Shown: piece after piece, positions 40,582 through 64,000 of the stretch
Numbering within the stretch: position 1 is the first letter of the stretch
Layout of the letters: every line of letters starts with the position of its first letter
Origin: Chrysomallon squamiferum
Taxonomy: Eukaryota; Animalia; Mollusca
Direction: 5' to 3'
Length of the DNA stretch: 64,000 nucleotides
Assembly: GCA_012295275.1 (NCBI GenBank)
Contig: CM022666.1
Coordinates: 6,076,001 to 6,140,000, forward strand
Notes under the pieces: generated by a model
Told to the model about the DNA's origin: nothing
Databases searched by the model: none
Seen by the model: the letters and a program-made list of their open reading frames with translations, nothing else
Program-made: the position numbers and the translations under genes

Positions 40582-40603
40582 GTTGGTTAGGATTGCGCAA
40601 ACG

Positions 40604-40688
<85 letters not shown>
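40285..40688. repeat. (GA)n microsatellite interrupted by four GGTTAGGATTG(CGC)AAA modules
   Basis: Directly visible. Confidence 0.95.
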
Positions 40689-40691
<3 letters not shown>

Positions 40692-40969
40692 GAATTTCTC
40701 AAATATCAAAGTAAACAACTAAATATTAAACAAAGACTCTTTTTCATCGTTATCTGGGCGATCGTGCTGAAGTTTAGTTTAAAGATATATTTTAATCAGA
40801 TAAAATTAAACGTAACAAGAACAACAGTAATGACCAAAAAGCGACAAGTTTTTAATTTCTAATGCGTAGACAATATTACTTTGTGATAACAACAAATTGC
40901 TGAGTATACTAAACAAGGAGGGAAACTGAATTTATTTATTTTAAATTAAAAAAGAAAAGAAAAATCGAT

Positions 40970-51099
<10,130 letters not shown>

Positions 51100-51899
51100 T
51101 AATAACAACACCAACAGCAACGATAACCACTACTGTTGTGATGAACAAACAAGCATAGCTTTTCTCGTCGTTTTCTCGATGTTTATAAAGGGACGCAACC
51201 GCTTTGGGTTCGACCTTAAGAACATTTGACCTATTTGTTTGTTAGTACTGCAAAGTGTTTGAGAGAAGCTATCTATATGTGTGTGATTGATTATTTTATT
51301 AAAAAAAATTATTGGAGTGTTATTTTAGTCTAAAAATTTAATCATTATATTATATGTATATATTAATAAGAAAATAAATTTATTTATCAAAAAAAAAGAT
51401 CTGTTTTGTTTTTAAGTTTTACAGGGGAACAATAACGATATTTTACGATTTACAATTAACACTTCCAATTGCCAAAAGAAATTATTACTATTGTTCTTGC
51501 TACTGTTAACATCAACATCATCTTGGTCATCATCAACATCATCATCATCATTATTATTGCATTGCTGTTGTTATCATCATCATCATCATCATTATAATTA
51601 TTATTATTATAGAGACATTGACAGACAACAGTATTCAGTTAACAAATTTTCACAGCTGTAACTAGACTGTGTTTAAAAGCCGAGTGGAGCTGGGCAGCAC
51701 CATTTGTACGAGTGATCTGGGAGCCGTCTAGGGACTCCAGAAACTCCGACTCCAAACAGTAACCGTAGACACAAACGAATTCATTCAGTGGATATCGTTT
51801 CTATCGGAATAGAGATTTATATTTTATATGTTTTAAGTAAAACCTTTGAGTCAAAAAAAAAAAAAAAAAAGAATAAGAAATAATAAAAAATCTGATTTT

Positions 51900-53105
51900 A
51901 ATTTTGAGTGTTACCTTCTACATGTTACTACTGATATTAACATTTTACTTACTACATGTTAATAGTGGTATCAACACTTTTACTTATGATATGCTGCTAC
52001 TTTTATTTACATTTTTTCTTGTTCCATATTACTGCTGTTATCTGCATTTTTCCTCAATGTTACCGCTGTTAACATTTTTACTTACTACATCATTCTATTT
52101 CTACTGGCATTCTTACTTATTACATGTTGCTACTGGAAGTACAATTTATATTTACTACATGTTACTACTAGCATTCATATTATTACTTTCTACATGTTAC
52201 TACTGATATTTACATTATTACTTACAACATGTTACTACTGTTATTAGCAGTATTACGTTCTACATGTTAGTACTGTTATTAACATTATTACGTTCTACAT
52301 GTTACTACTGGAAGTACAATTTATATTTACTACATGTTACTACTAGCATTCATTTTTACTTTCTACAATGTTACTACTGATATTAACATTATTACTTACA
52401 ACATGTTACTACTGTTATTAGCAGTATTACGTTCTACATGTTATTACTGGAAGTACAATTTATATTTACTACATGTTACTAGTAGCATTAACATTTTTAC
52501 TTACTGCTTGATACTATTAGTATTCACGTTATTACATTCTACATGTTACTGCTGATACTAACATTATTACTTACAACATGTTATTACTGATATTAACATT
52601 ATTATTTACAACATGTTACTACTGATATTAACATTATTACATTCTACATGTTATTACTGTTATTTATATTTATTATTACTTTTCACATTTTTACTTACTA
52701 ACTTGATATTAACATTATTACTTACAACATGTTATTACTGATATTAACATTATTATTTACAACATGTTACTACAGATATTAACATTATTACGTTCTACAT
52801 GTTTGTACTGTTATTAACATTATTATCTACAACATGATACTACTGATATCAACATAATTACTTTCTACACGATACTACTGATATTAACATTATTACTTTC
52901 TACATGTTAGTACTGTTATTAACATTATTATTTGTACATGTTAGTACTGTTATTAACATTATTACTTTCTACATGTTAGTACTGGTATTAACATTATTAC
53001 TAACAACATGTTACTACTGATATTAACATTACTACGTTCTACATATTAATACTGTTATTAACATTATCAGGTTCTACATGTTAGTACTGTTGTTAACAAT
53101 ATTAT
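51900..53105. repeat. Degenerate ~35-bp minisatellite (CATGTTACTACTGATATTAACATTATTACTTACAA-like)
   Basis: Recurring monomer. The same family occurs inverted and more decayed at ~56200-56600 and ~57830-58330. Confidence 0.85.
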
Positions 53106-53578
53106 ATTTCCAGACATTTCTATACGCAGTGTTTTGTTAGTTTCAAATTTACCTATATTCTTCAGCAAACTTATTTCACTTGAAGCATTTAGAATATTGC
53201 TAGCTGATTTTCTGTTTCCTTTCTTTAATATCACAAAAAGCACAATATAGACCGAGTAATCACACAATAGTGGGAAAACACGATTCAAACAGTGATAGGC
53301 TGAAAAATGCCAGAGGTTCAGTAGAGGTACAGGTTCAATATGCGTACGCTTCCCCTACTGTTATTATCATTAATACTTCAGCGGATGTTGCTGCATTACT
53401 AGTGATACTATTACTGTTTTATTTCTATTTCTGTTCTTCTTCTACTACTTCGTTTACTACTATTACTAATACAAAGAGTACAATCATTTATTATACTCCG
53501 TTTTCGACGGGGAAAAGATTTTGTTTTTAAAAACATAAAGTAATAGATTATAAACATCACTAAAACTTTATTTCTCAG

Positions 53579-55960
53579 TTACTGTGAACCTGGGCCATAA
53601 ATGTCATGACATCTGTAATATCCATAGTTGACACAGTCACATTCGAACGAATACCACGTTCCAGGCTTTTTGTACCCAACCTTGAGACATGCATGATCGA
53701 TATAACAACCTGAAACGAACGTAAGAAAGGAAATAGAAAATAAATTGGCACTGTTTTTAATGTTTCATGTGAAATACGAGGATTGGCCGAAGCATAGAGG
53801 TAAATTTCAGAACAAGAAAACATTGCGTAAAGAAATGTCTGGAAATCTTCAAATTAACTGTTTTCCATAACACCACCTGTAATCTTCTTGTCAGAATACT
53901 CAACACACTTCGCTGATATTGTTTATGTTCTAAACTTATTTTTTTATAGTTTTGTTTTCTTGACCAGCGTTAGTAGTTGTCTACGACACGTTTGAAAAGT
54001 ACAGGTTGAATTCTTCAGTTCGGCCCTTCGAAACGTGCAAAGGCCCACAACTCAGAAATACATCGCTCGTATCGTCACGGAATCTTGGCGCTATTTTTAC
54101 AAACTGCTTCTTGCTGTGCAGTGTCTTGTTTCTGGACAGTTGTAGACATTTATGATACCGGTTTTCAATGTAAATATGCCACATCCCAGATCGTCTCTTA
54201 TTTGCATCTTGAAGAAAAGCAGAACTAAAATAGTGACTATGACGGAGAGAGCAGATCTTTTGGAGAGGCTGGACTGGCACACATGCGCAGTTTCACTAGA
54301 GCGTTCGGTGTTGGCTGTTTTAACTTAATTCCAAAAATTGGACGGTGAAGGTCCAAACTAAGAATGCCGAGTTTGGCAAGTTCAACCTGTGAGTTACTTG
54401 TAAAGACAATAAGTCTTACCTTTATAATACCTTCTGATTGCTCCGCCGTTAAATTTGTCACATTGAAAATATCCGCATCTATCGTGACTGATTGGTATCG
54501 ACTTTCCTAATTGAAGGCAGTCATAAAACTTGTGCAAAATACACACCGGAGCTTCAAAAATTAAAAATTAAATTTTGTTTTAACACCCACAAACACGATG
54601 ATACACGATCGAAACAAGAATAAGAAAGAAAAATAAGAGAAAAAGAAAACAAGAAAATAAATAATAATAGTAATAAATTAATCGAAAAAGAAAAATATAT
54701 AAAACAAGCAACTGTCATACCTATTACTATATCGAATTGATAATCACCATCATTATTGTTATTATCAACTTCGCCGTCATTATCATAATTGTTATTCTGA
54801 TTATTAATCTTATTATTTTATTGTTGTTACTATAAGTACATATTAAGGCCAAATTAATTACCTGAACTCTGATCTTTTTTAATAATAAAGTCTATGGCTA
54901 CTTTTTCCTTAATCTGTCTTACAGTAGCAGTATATCTAAAGAAACCACAATCAGTGGAAGTATTCGCGTTTGTGGCTCGAACCTGAGTACCGTACATCGT
55001 CACGTCTGTAAAAAAGAATTTTATTATTATTATTATTATTATTATTGTACTCACTTTGGCACTTGAGAAACGACATTTTACTAGCTACTGAGATGTGTTG
55101 TTAACTGATAAGCATTTAAATAATGATGACTATCAAATATAAACATGTTTCTATTGACACTGAGACTTGTTTGTGTCAATCATCAGATCATGCTGACATT
55201 TTGGTCCACAGTTTCTTCCGAGATTCCTTCCAATCTTTGCGAGAATTTTAAGGCTAATTTAATACGAGATACAGGCACCGGAGATATCATCCGGCGTCCT
55301 GAAATCCGGAAAGATTTTCTTTATATTTTTAAGTATTTACTTAATTTAGAACATTTACTACAAAACAAAGAATTGCTTTTCACTACATGAATTGCTTACA
55401 TGATGTTCGTTCATCGATTTTGAAACCACCCTCAACGCATTTAAGTATAGTGGAACCGTGGTAAGAGAACCGATGGATGATTTCTCCTACTTTTACTTTA
55501 CCCCACTGTGTCTCACACTGTTTAGTTCCTGTGTTGTATACACCTGAAAACGCTAAAAAAAAAAAAAAAAAAGTATATTTCTTTGATCTATGTGTCAGAC
55601 TTTGAGTATCTGTCTAACTCTTTCTTGTAGACCTCTGAAAACCTGAGCTGAGTTAACTGAATGCTTGTACGTCTGTTTCTGTATGTCAGCACTATAAAAC
55701 ATTGGACTTGCTAGTTCATATTATTATTATTATTATTATTATTTATTTTTTTTTTTTTTTTTTTTTTTTATTATTTTCTTTGCAATATCCGATAAAGATA
55801 TTATTTGAATATGACGTGAATTGAAAGTGATGTAAAAGTAGAAGACATTCCTTAACCAAAATCATGACATACTTTCCTGATGTGAATCGTATACATATGT
55901 TTTCGATAGCAGGTGTTGGAACGACACAACCATAATCAGAAGGAACGTTACTGCCGACAT
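53579..55960 (-). CDS. Uncharacterised secreted Cys-rich protein, 197 aa; exons 55873-55960, 55400-55543, 54862-55005, 54420-54506, 53579-53709
   Basis: Five exons joined by phase-1 GT-AG introns into one open frame: signal-like MSAVTFLLIMVVSFQHLLS, 10 Cys, ending GCYIDHACLKVGYKKPGTWYSFECDCVNYGYYRCHDIYGPGSQ*. AATAAA follows the stop. Confidence 0.75.
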
Positions 55961-56611
55961 GTTGAACTGTTGACTATAAATATCTGTAATCGACAAGCTT
56001 AATAATAGAGATGACATAGTAACAAACATTAAAACAAACTAAGTAAAAATGTGAACAACAGAATTGTTACCGTGATGTCATTAATAAGTAACTGTAGAAA
56101 CATAACTCTAGATGTCAAGGCTAATAGTTCATTACTATTTTTTCAATTTTTTTATTTATTTTTCTATTTTCTTTACCTCACTTACCTGTAACAAGTAGGA
56201 AAGTTAATAGTAATCACAAAAGATAACATATCAAAAACGTTAGTAGAAATATTAACATGTAACGAATAACAATTTGTTTATTTGTATTAATATGTAACCA
56301 GTCAAAACGTTGACACAAGTAATAACATAGAGCAAGCAAACATATTAATAGACATAGAAAGAAGTAAAAATGTTAACACGAGTAGTAGTGTAGTAAGTAA
56401 CAATGCTAATACAGCTAGCGACATGAAGTATGTAATATTGTTAATACCACTAGCAGAATCTAGTAAGAAAAAATGTTGAGACAAGTTATAATATGTATTA
56501 AGTAAAAATGTTAACACCAGTAGTAAGATATAGTGACATAAAAAATGTTAATACATATAGCAAGTGAAAATTACATCACCAGTAGTAACCTATGGTAAAT
56601 AAAATATATAT

Positions 56612-57311
56612 AAGTGGTATCTTGACTTACGAGTTTAATTCGTTCCGTGACCGAGTTCGTATCTCAATTTGTTCACATATCAAATCAATTTTCCCGAGAA
56701 ATTAATAGAAACACCATCAATCCATTACAGGTCCCGAAAAACTAATCATGTTTTTATAAATAACAAATATTGTTAAAATAAAAGAGATGGAAGAGAAACA
56801 AATTGGTTTTCTAAAGTATATTTATCTTGGAGATGAGACAAATTATTATAACCCCTTTGGCTGGAGATATAGCCTTTATCGACTCCTGATCCTTCAATAT
56901 GGCACATATCGAAGAACTACTACGTTCGTACTGACTAGCCAAGTCGACTGTATGCACACCTCGATCATGGTTTACTGAGTTCGAGCTTTAATCAAATGGA
57001 AATCATCCGCTTCTTCTTCTCAGCACTGTCCTTTGCACTCACGTTCTTAGGATCCATGGCCAGAAAAAAAGAAATTTGTCAAAATACTGCACAAAACGCG
57101 ACCAGAACACAACAGAGATGCTTCCGCGACGAGGTAACCACGTGAAGTAAACGAGTGAGACGCCGGATTCTGGCCAACTAGCAGCGGTGTGACTGAAGCT
57201 CGCTCGTAACTCGGATTCTGCCTCGCAGCTCAAAGCAAAAAATCAACCGGGGAACTGCTGGTAACTTGAAAATCTCGTAAGTTGGGGCACTCGTAAGTCG
57301 AGGTACCATTG
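56612..57311. mobile_element. Tigger/pogo-like MITE
   Basis: Imperfect TIRs AGTGGTATCTTGACTTACGAGT / ACTCGTAAGTCGAGGTACCATTG with TA flanks. Confidence 0.78.
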
Positions 57312-57913
57312 TATCAGTATTTACATGTCTCAAGTAAAAATATTAATACTAATAATAAAATGGAGTAAGTAAAACTGTTAATACCAGGAGTAACTGATCC
57401 TTCAATATGGCACATATCGAAGAACTACTACGTTCGTACTGACTAGCCAAGTCGACTGCATGCACACCTCGATCATGTTTTATTATGAGTTCGAGCTTTA
57501 ATCAAATGGAAATCATCTGCTTCTTCTTCTCAACACTGTCCTTTGCACTCACGTTCTTAGGATCCATGGCAAGAAAAAAAAAAAAAAATTGTCAAAATAC
57601 TGCACAAAACGCGAGCAGAACACAACACAACAGAGATGCTTCCGCGACGAGGTAACCACGTGAAGTAAACGAGTGAGACGCGGGATTCTGGCCAACTAGC
57701 AGCGGTGTAACTGAAGCTCGCTCGTAACTCGGATTCTGCCTCGCAGCTCAAAGCAAAAAATCGACCGGGCAGCTGCTGGTAACTTGAAAATCTCGTAAGT
57801 TGGGGCACTCGTAAGTCGAGGTACCATTGTATCAGTATTTACATGTCTTAAGTAAAAATATTAATACTAATAATAACATGGAGTAAGTAAAACTGTTAAT
57901 ACCAGGAGTAACT
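56886..57913. repeat. Tandem duplication (~510 bp x2) of the MITE right half plus flank
   Basis: 56886-57393 is nearly identical to 57394-57913. Confidence 0.93.
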
Positions 57914-58466
57914 TTTAGTAAAAATGGTAATGTTAGTATTAACCTGCAGTAGATCAAAATATAAATTTCAGTTTTAATATATCGTTAGTAAAAATGTTAG
58001 TACTATCAGTAACAAATTGTATATTTACAAGTAAATATCAGATATGTGGTACGTAAAAATGTTAATATTAGTAGTAACATGTAGTTAGTAAATATATTAG
58101 TACTAGTAGTAACATATAGTAAAAATTTTAGTACTAGTTGTAACATTAAAATATAAATAAACGTGGTGACATATCGTGTGGAAAAATGTTCATACCAGCA
58201 GCAGCACGAAGTAAGTATAATTTTTAGTAATAGTACTAGTAGTAACAAGAATGAGTTATTAGTAGTCGTATAAAATGTAGTGAGTAAAACGTTAACAGTA
58301 TTTGCAACGTTACAATGTGAAATGTTAATTCAACTGGTAAGAAGTGAGTAGTATAAAACATCTTACATTAATTCTGTTACCAAATCTATCAGAGTATTAT
58401 ACTTTACCACGTATGTTGTAATATCTTTCCAGCAACAAAACTACTCTGTTAATACAGCGTTAATAA

Positions 58467-58830
58467 ATATAAGTACTCGATGTTATGAATGGATATAAAT
58501 TTAAATTAAGGTATAAAATATTTCACCTCAGTTCTATTCTCACAAGTAATATAAAACTTGACGTCTGGTGCTGTAAAATCTCTCGAAGTGATATCAAACA
58601 TGTTCTTCAAAAGTAAGTTGTACAGTTTTATTTATCTGTGTATGATTCATTGATTATAAAACAGTGTAACGAGTTTATTTTTACATTTTATGACAACAGA
58701 CATGAAATTTCTGTCATTACTGTATTTTATGATTATAGATAAAATTTGCATGTATCTGTCTGTCTGTGCGTGTGTGTGTGCGTGTGTGATGACTAAGGTA
58801 GCAGAGGCAAAGCTGTAGTATCAGTACTAT

Positions 58831-58862
<32 letters not shown>

Positions 58863-59670
58863 TTACTACGATTCCTCTATTACTATCTGACTGCTATTGC
58901 AGCTAATGATGCTAAAGTAAAAGTACAAGTATTATTAAGACTTCTATTTCTATACTACCAGTGGTATTACAGTTCTGTTACTGCTGCTATTACTATTACT
59001 ATACCTACAAATACTTCTAGTACTACATAATATTTTTACTAATCCAACTGTACGTCTATGCTACTACTGTTCAACAACCACTAATCTTCTACTACTACTT
59101 ATTTATGCCTACTACTATTATATTACTATAACTACTCTACTGCTGCTGCTAATACAACTACCACTGCTAGAATTTGTATATCTGTTCCTTTGCTTGCAGG
59201 GTTCCTAGTATTCGCTGCTGCTTCTGCTAGTGTGCTACTGCTACTACACTATTATTATCGTTAATACAAATACTACAGCGGTTGTTGCTGCATTATTTAT
59301 GGTGCTGACACTACAGCTTTGCCTCTGCTACCTTAGTCATCACACACGCACAGACACCCACGCACACACATACACAGAGAGATATGTGCGAATTTTATCT
59401 ATCATCATAAAATAGAGTAATGAAAGAAATTTCATGTTTGTTGTCATAAAATGTAAAAATAAACTCGTTACACTGTTTTATAATCAATGAATCATACTCA
59501 GATAAATAAAACTGTACCACTTACTTTTGAAGAACATGTTTGATATCACTTCGAGAGATTTTACAGCACTAGACGTCAAGTTTTATATTACTTGTGAGAA
59601 CAGAACTAATGTGAAATATTTTATACCTTAATTTAAATTTATATACATTCATAACATCGAGTACTTATAT
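58467..59670. repeat. Inverted duplication: ~365-bp arms (58467-58829, 59299-59670) around a TAC-rich spacer
   Basis: Arms are reverse complements with scattered mismatches. Confidence 0.92.
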
Positions 59671-59839
59671 CTTCTTTCTGTTCACTGTTAACGACCCTCT
59701 GTTGATAAAGATAATCAAGGGCGCCATCTGGCTCCATTGTAGGAACAAATTCTGGTAAGGCTGACACTTCTGAATCCCTAACATGACAGGCCTTGCCATC
59801 AGTGTAAACTGTAACAGATTTAAAAACATCGTTTGATGT

Positions 59840-60067
<228 letters not shown>

Positions 60068-60352
60068 GAATTTCTCAAATATCAAAGTAAACAACTAAAT
60101 ATTAAACAAAGACTCTTTTTCATCGTTATCTGGGCGATCGTGCTGAAGTTTAGTTTAAAGATATATTTTAATCAGATAAAAATTAAACGTAACAAGAACA
60201 ACAGTAATGACCAAAAAGCGACAAGTTTTTAATTTCTAATACGTAGACAATATTACTTTGTGATAACAACAAATTGCTGAGTATACTAAACAAGGAAGGA
60301 AACTGAATTTATTTATTTTAAATTAAAAAAGAAAAGAAAATTTATTTTAAAT

Positions 60353-60499
60353 ATGGCGTCTGTTAAAGCCGTTGTCGTCGGTGGAGGAATTAGCGGTGAG
60401 TTTTTAATGTTACCTTTGTAGTATGCCATGAAATAATTTAAATTAATATACAAACTAATATACCTGATGACGATAAATGTTAAAACTGAACCAAATGTA

Positions 60500-60534
<35 letters not shown>

Positions 60535-60878
60535 ATGAATCCTATAAATTAATCAATAAAATCTATAAATAAATAAATAAATAAATAAATCCTATAAATT
60601 AATCGATAAAATCAATAAATCAATAAATAAATAACAAGTAAATAAGTGAGTAAATAAATAAATAAATAAATAAAACAATAAAAAATCAATATTAAATAAA
60701 TAAATATATAGCAAGTAAATAAATTACTAAATAATTAAAAATGAAAATTGGCAATTTTTCGACATCTTAACAGTATATATTTTATATTGGCCTTTGTATA
60801 TTTATTTATTTATTTATTTATTCTGAGTTCCTTTTCTTCTTTTTTTTTCAATACCTTTCATTTAATTTTTATTTAGAA

Positions 60879-60922
<44 letters not shown>

Positions 60923-61120
60923 CACGTGACTTTGGCATGACCGAAACGTGACCAATGAACGATATTCTGTTGTTGTGCAATAAGATGAACATTATCACGT
61001 TTTCTAAAATATATTAAACATAAAATAATACTGCCTAACCTTTAATAAAAATAGAAATAATAAATAAATAGTAAAAAATATAACAACACCTATAACACCA
61101 CCACCACCACCACCACCACC

Positions 61121-61152
<32 letters not shown>

Positions 61153-61153
61153 C

Positions 61154-61204
<51 letters not shown>

Positions 61205-61851
61205 TTCTTCTTCTATTACGGATACTGCATCAACTAATCATGCTACTAGTGCTACTACTATTACTAGTACTAGTGCTAATCTTACTAGTAGTAGTTGCTG
61301 TAAAGGTACAAGAGGACTGCATTAACCTAATTAGATAAAATACGATAGGCACACGAATAATAACAATAATTTCATCCTTCACATAACAGATAAAATATAT
61401 CATATATAATTATCTTTAAAACTATACTAAATTTCCGCACACTTTATTGTAAAGTAATAATAATAAAAAAAATAATAATAATAATAAAATAATAAAAATA
61501 ATAACAAAAACAGTACACAGTGGCGAGCAGAGGGGCTGGGCCGAAGGGGAGGTGGCCCCGGGCAACCAAATGGGGGTGGGGGGGGGGCATCAAATCAGAT
61601 AAATTTCGTTGATTTATATTTAAATCGAATAAAGTGTTTATTTTATGTTTCATCTGTGTTTATATACTCAAAATATCTTCCTTTCTCGTAATATTTCTAA
61701 GTACTAGGTCTTTATACTTGAGTCTGTGGGGCATACAATCAAGGAGTTGGTCCCGGGCATCACCAGACTTCTGCACGCCTCTGTCTGTACTGCAACAACT
61801 AGTAGTATATGTAGCAATAATAACACCAAATAACAATAACAATGATAATAA

Positions 61852-61912
<61 letters not shown>

Positions 61913-61996
61913 GTAGTAATAATAATAATAATAATAATAGTAGTAAATAATAATAATAATAATAATAACAGCAGCAACTACAACAACGCTAATAAA

Positions 61997-62042
<46 letters not shown>

Positions 62043-64000
62043 GCAGCAACAATAACAACAACGCTAATAATAATAATAAAATAATAATAATAATAATAAT
62101 AAAAGGTTTAATATGAAAAATAGCATCAACAACAGCAATGTTACAAACTGAAGGTTCTTCTGAATTTAGTTGGTAAAACAACTCTTGAAATGTAAATAAT
62201 TCTCAGTGATTTACAGTATCTCAGTGAATTAAGTTAGCAATAAACACACCAGAAACATTAAAGGTACTGTATCATTTGTCAGGCCCGCAAGGACGTGTGC
62301 ATAATCGACGGGATGCCCCACCCTCAACACATTCGAAAGATTTTTAAATTTAGAAGTAAGGAGATGCTTTTTTTCCTGCTTTCTGGGAAATACGTGACAA
62401 GGGGAGATAATGAAGTAGGTGTCTCTCAGAACGAATCAGCGGACATATTAAAGACCTTGGTTACGTTATATCACATTTCTACTGTGCATGACAACCCGAA
62501 TCCCGCCACAAATGTCACACCCTTTTTACACACCCACGGACGGACTTCGGCAGAATGTGGGGCGTGCGTACGTCTGCAATCTCTCCCCCACCCCCGGCTG
62601 TGGCCCCGTTTTTGATAAGAGAGGCAAAGTCTATAACATCAAAACACTTTAACGGTGAACATGTACCAGGAAGTCGCAATCACTGAAGATACACTATAAT
62701 AAGGCTTGTAACATCAGAGTCGTAATAACGTATGTGAGACAAAATGAATATATTTGTCTTTAAAATGTTTATAAAATATCTCACCTTTTTGTCTTAAGCC
62801 TGTCTTAATATCCTCCCTAAGTCTATTATTATTTTTTTTTTAATTATTATTGTTTTTAAATTACAATTCTTAAGACTGTAGAGACACCAAACGACTCTGT
62901 CACCGAAAGTAAAGGAGCATCCCTACCACTGAAAAGATGATGAGACAAGACGCCATCTTTAACACCAGAGTAACGTCGTCACATGGTGCGTTATGTTTGC
63001 ATAACATTAAAGAGAAATTATCGTATTCGGTTCTCATAGTCAACCCTTTGATCGTGACAAAATTTCTTGAATAGTTTTCTTACAGAAGCATGTCAAAAAA
63101 AAACGGCCCTAAACTTGCAATGTACGTACAGGGCCGATGGTTCGAATCTCCTCGGTTGAACATGTGTTTTAGTTCTTATTATTCTTTTGCAGGACTCACC
63201 GCAGCACGTGTGCTCAAAAATGCTGGCGTCGACGTCGTAGTTTTAGAGGCCCGAGACCGCGTTGGCGGCAGATGTTACACAGTTGAGGTTATTCATTTTA
63301 TACAAAACCATGTCATAAATTGTATTTAGTATTATAAATTATCCCGAATTATTCAGTATCAAAGGTAATATGATGTTTATCTATTTGTAATGACACAGAC
63401 AGAGAAATATTTATTAACATATGGGTTCTTAGTTTCATCTTATTTTCTTGATAAAATATATTAAATTTTGTTTTTAAAATCTTTATAAAATATCTCACCT
63501 TTTTGTCTGAAACCTGTCGTAATATCCTCCCCAATGTTTATTTTATTATTATTATTACTATTCTAAATTACACTTCGTAAGAGATAAGATTAACGATGTA
63601 CTGAAACGAAATCAACGGCTTGAACTTGTTTAAAATTACGTCAGAAATATTTAGAAACTATTTTGGAAACAATTCATTCAACTTCTTCATTTCTCTTTTC
63701 AATTACAGTCCATTTATTTATTTATTTATTTATTTATTTTTTTTTTAATCCATTCTCCTATTTTCTTTGGGATTTAAAACAAACGAACAAAATTATGACA
63801 TAATAAAAAGTCATCTACCGCTGCTACCACCTTCTTTTCTTGTTTTGTCTGAAAATAATGTCACATCTTATACATTAAACACTTCTATCACGTACTCTTT
63901 CTGAAAATAATTCTTCCATGTCTCCATCTATCCATCCAGTGTTCCGTCCATACCTTTGATTCTGTCTGATTTTAACTGCATGGCAGTACGTTCCACGTTC
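60353..64000 (+). CDS. MAO: Second MAO-family copy, partial (exons 60353-60395, 63193-63287; continues past the window end)
   Basis: Exons 1-2 encode the same peptide as copy 1, with two synonymous changes in exon 2; introns align with 41013-44410. Confidence 0.9.

Noticed and set aside
51904-52555. Hydrophobic ORFs resembling membrane proteins (also 56302-56517, 58006-58248)
   Set aside because: They derive from the AT-rich 35-bp minisatellite.
55180-55298. Possible extra exon of the secreted Cys-rich gene
   Set aside because: Joining it to the upstream phase-1 exon creates an immediate TGA, and no suitable donor was seen.

Overview
AT-rich, intron-rich animal (probably invertebrate, possibly lophotrochozoan; taxon is inference only) nuclear DNA, so most entries in the ORF track are noise and the gene models were rebuilt by hand from splice sites. 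1-14.8 kb is a tRNA-Glu(UUC) tandem array with three repeat tiers: ~1.98-kb units carrying a 42-bp minisatellite, ~1.05-kb units, and alternating ~0.55/0.52-kb units. The most amplified tRNA variant has two stem mismatches. 15.1-16.85 kb holds decayed Tx1/L1-clade LINE pieces, each followed by a tRNA 3' half (Lys, Glu) cut at the same D-arm position. An intact minus-strand tRNA-Glu lies at 17.4 kb. Next come an 18-exon CENP-I gene (minus strand, one apparent +1 frameshift), two tandem CMC4 paralogs, and a decayed FLYWCH/MULE transposon. At 39.1-39.8 kb is a spliced secreted precursor: signal peptide, 34-aa cationic 4-Cys peptide, KRKR, and an acidic two-EF-hand propiece. This is a candidate new antimicrobial peptide family and the best novelty candidate. 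The rest contains a complete 13-exon monoamine-oxidase-family gene with an altered substrate cavity, an orphan 5-exon secreted 10-Cys protein gene, MITEs, an inverted duplication, and the start of a second, recently duplicated MAO copy.
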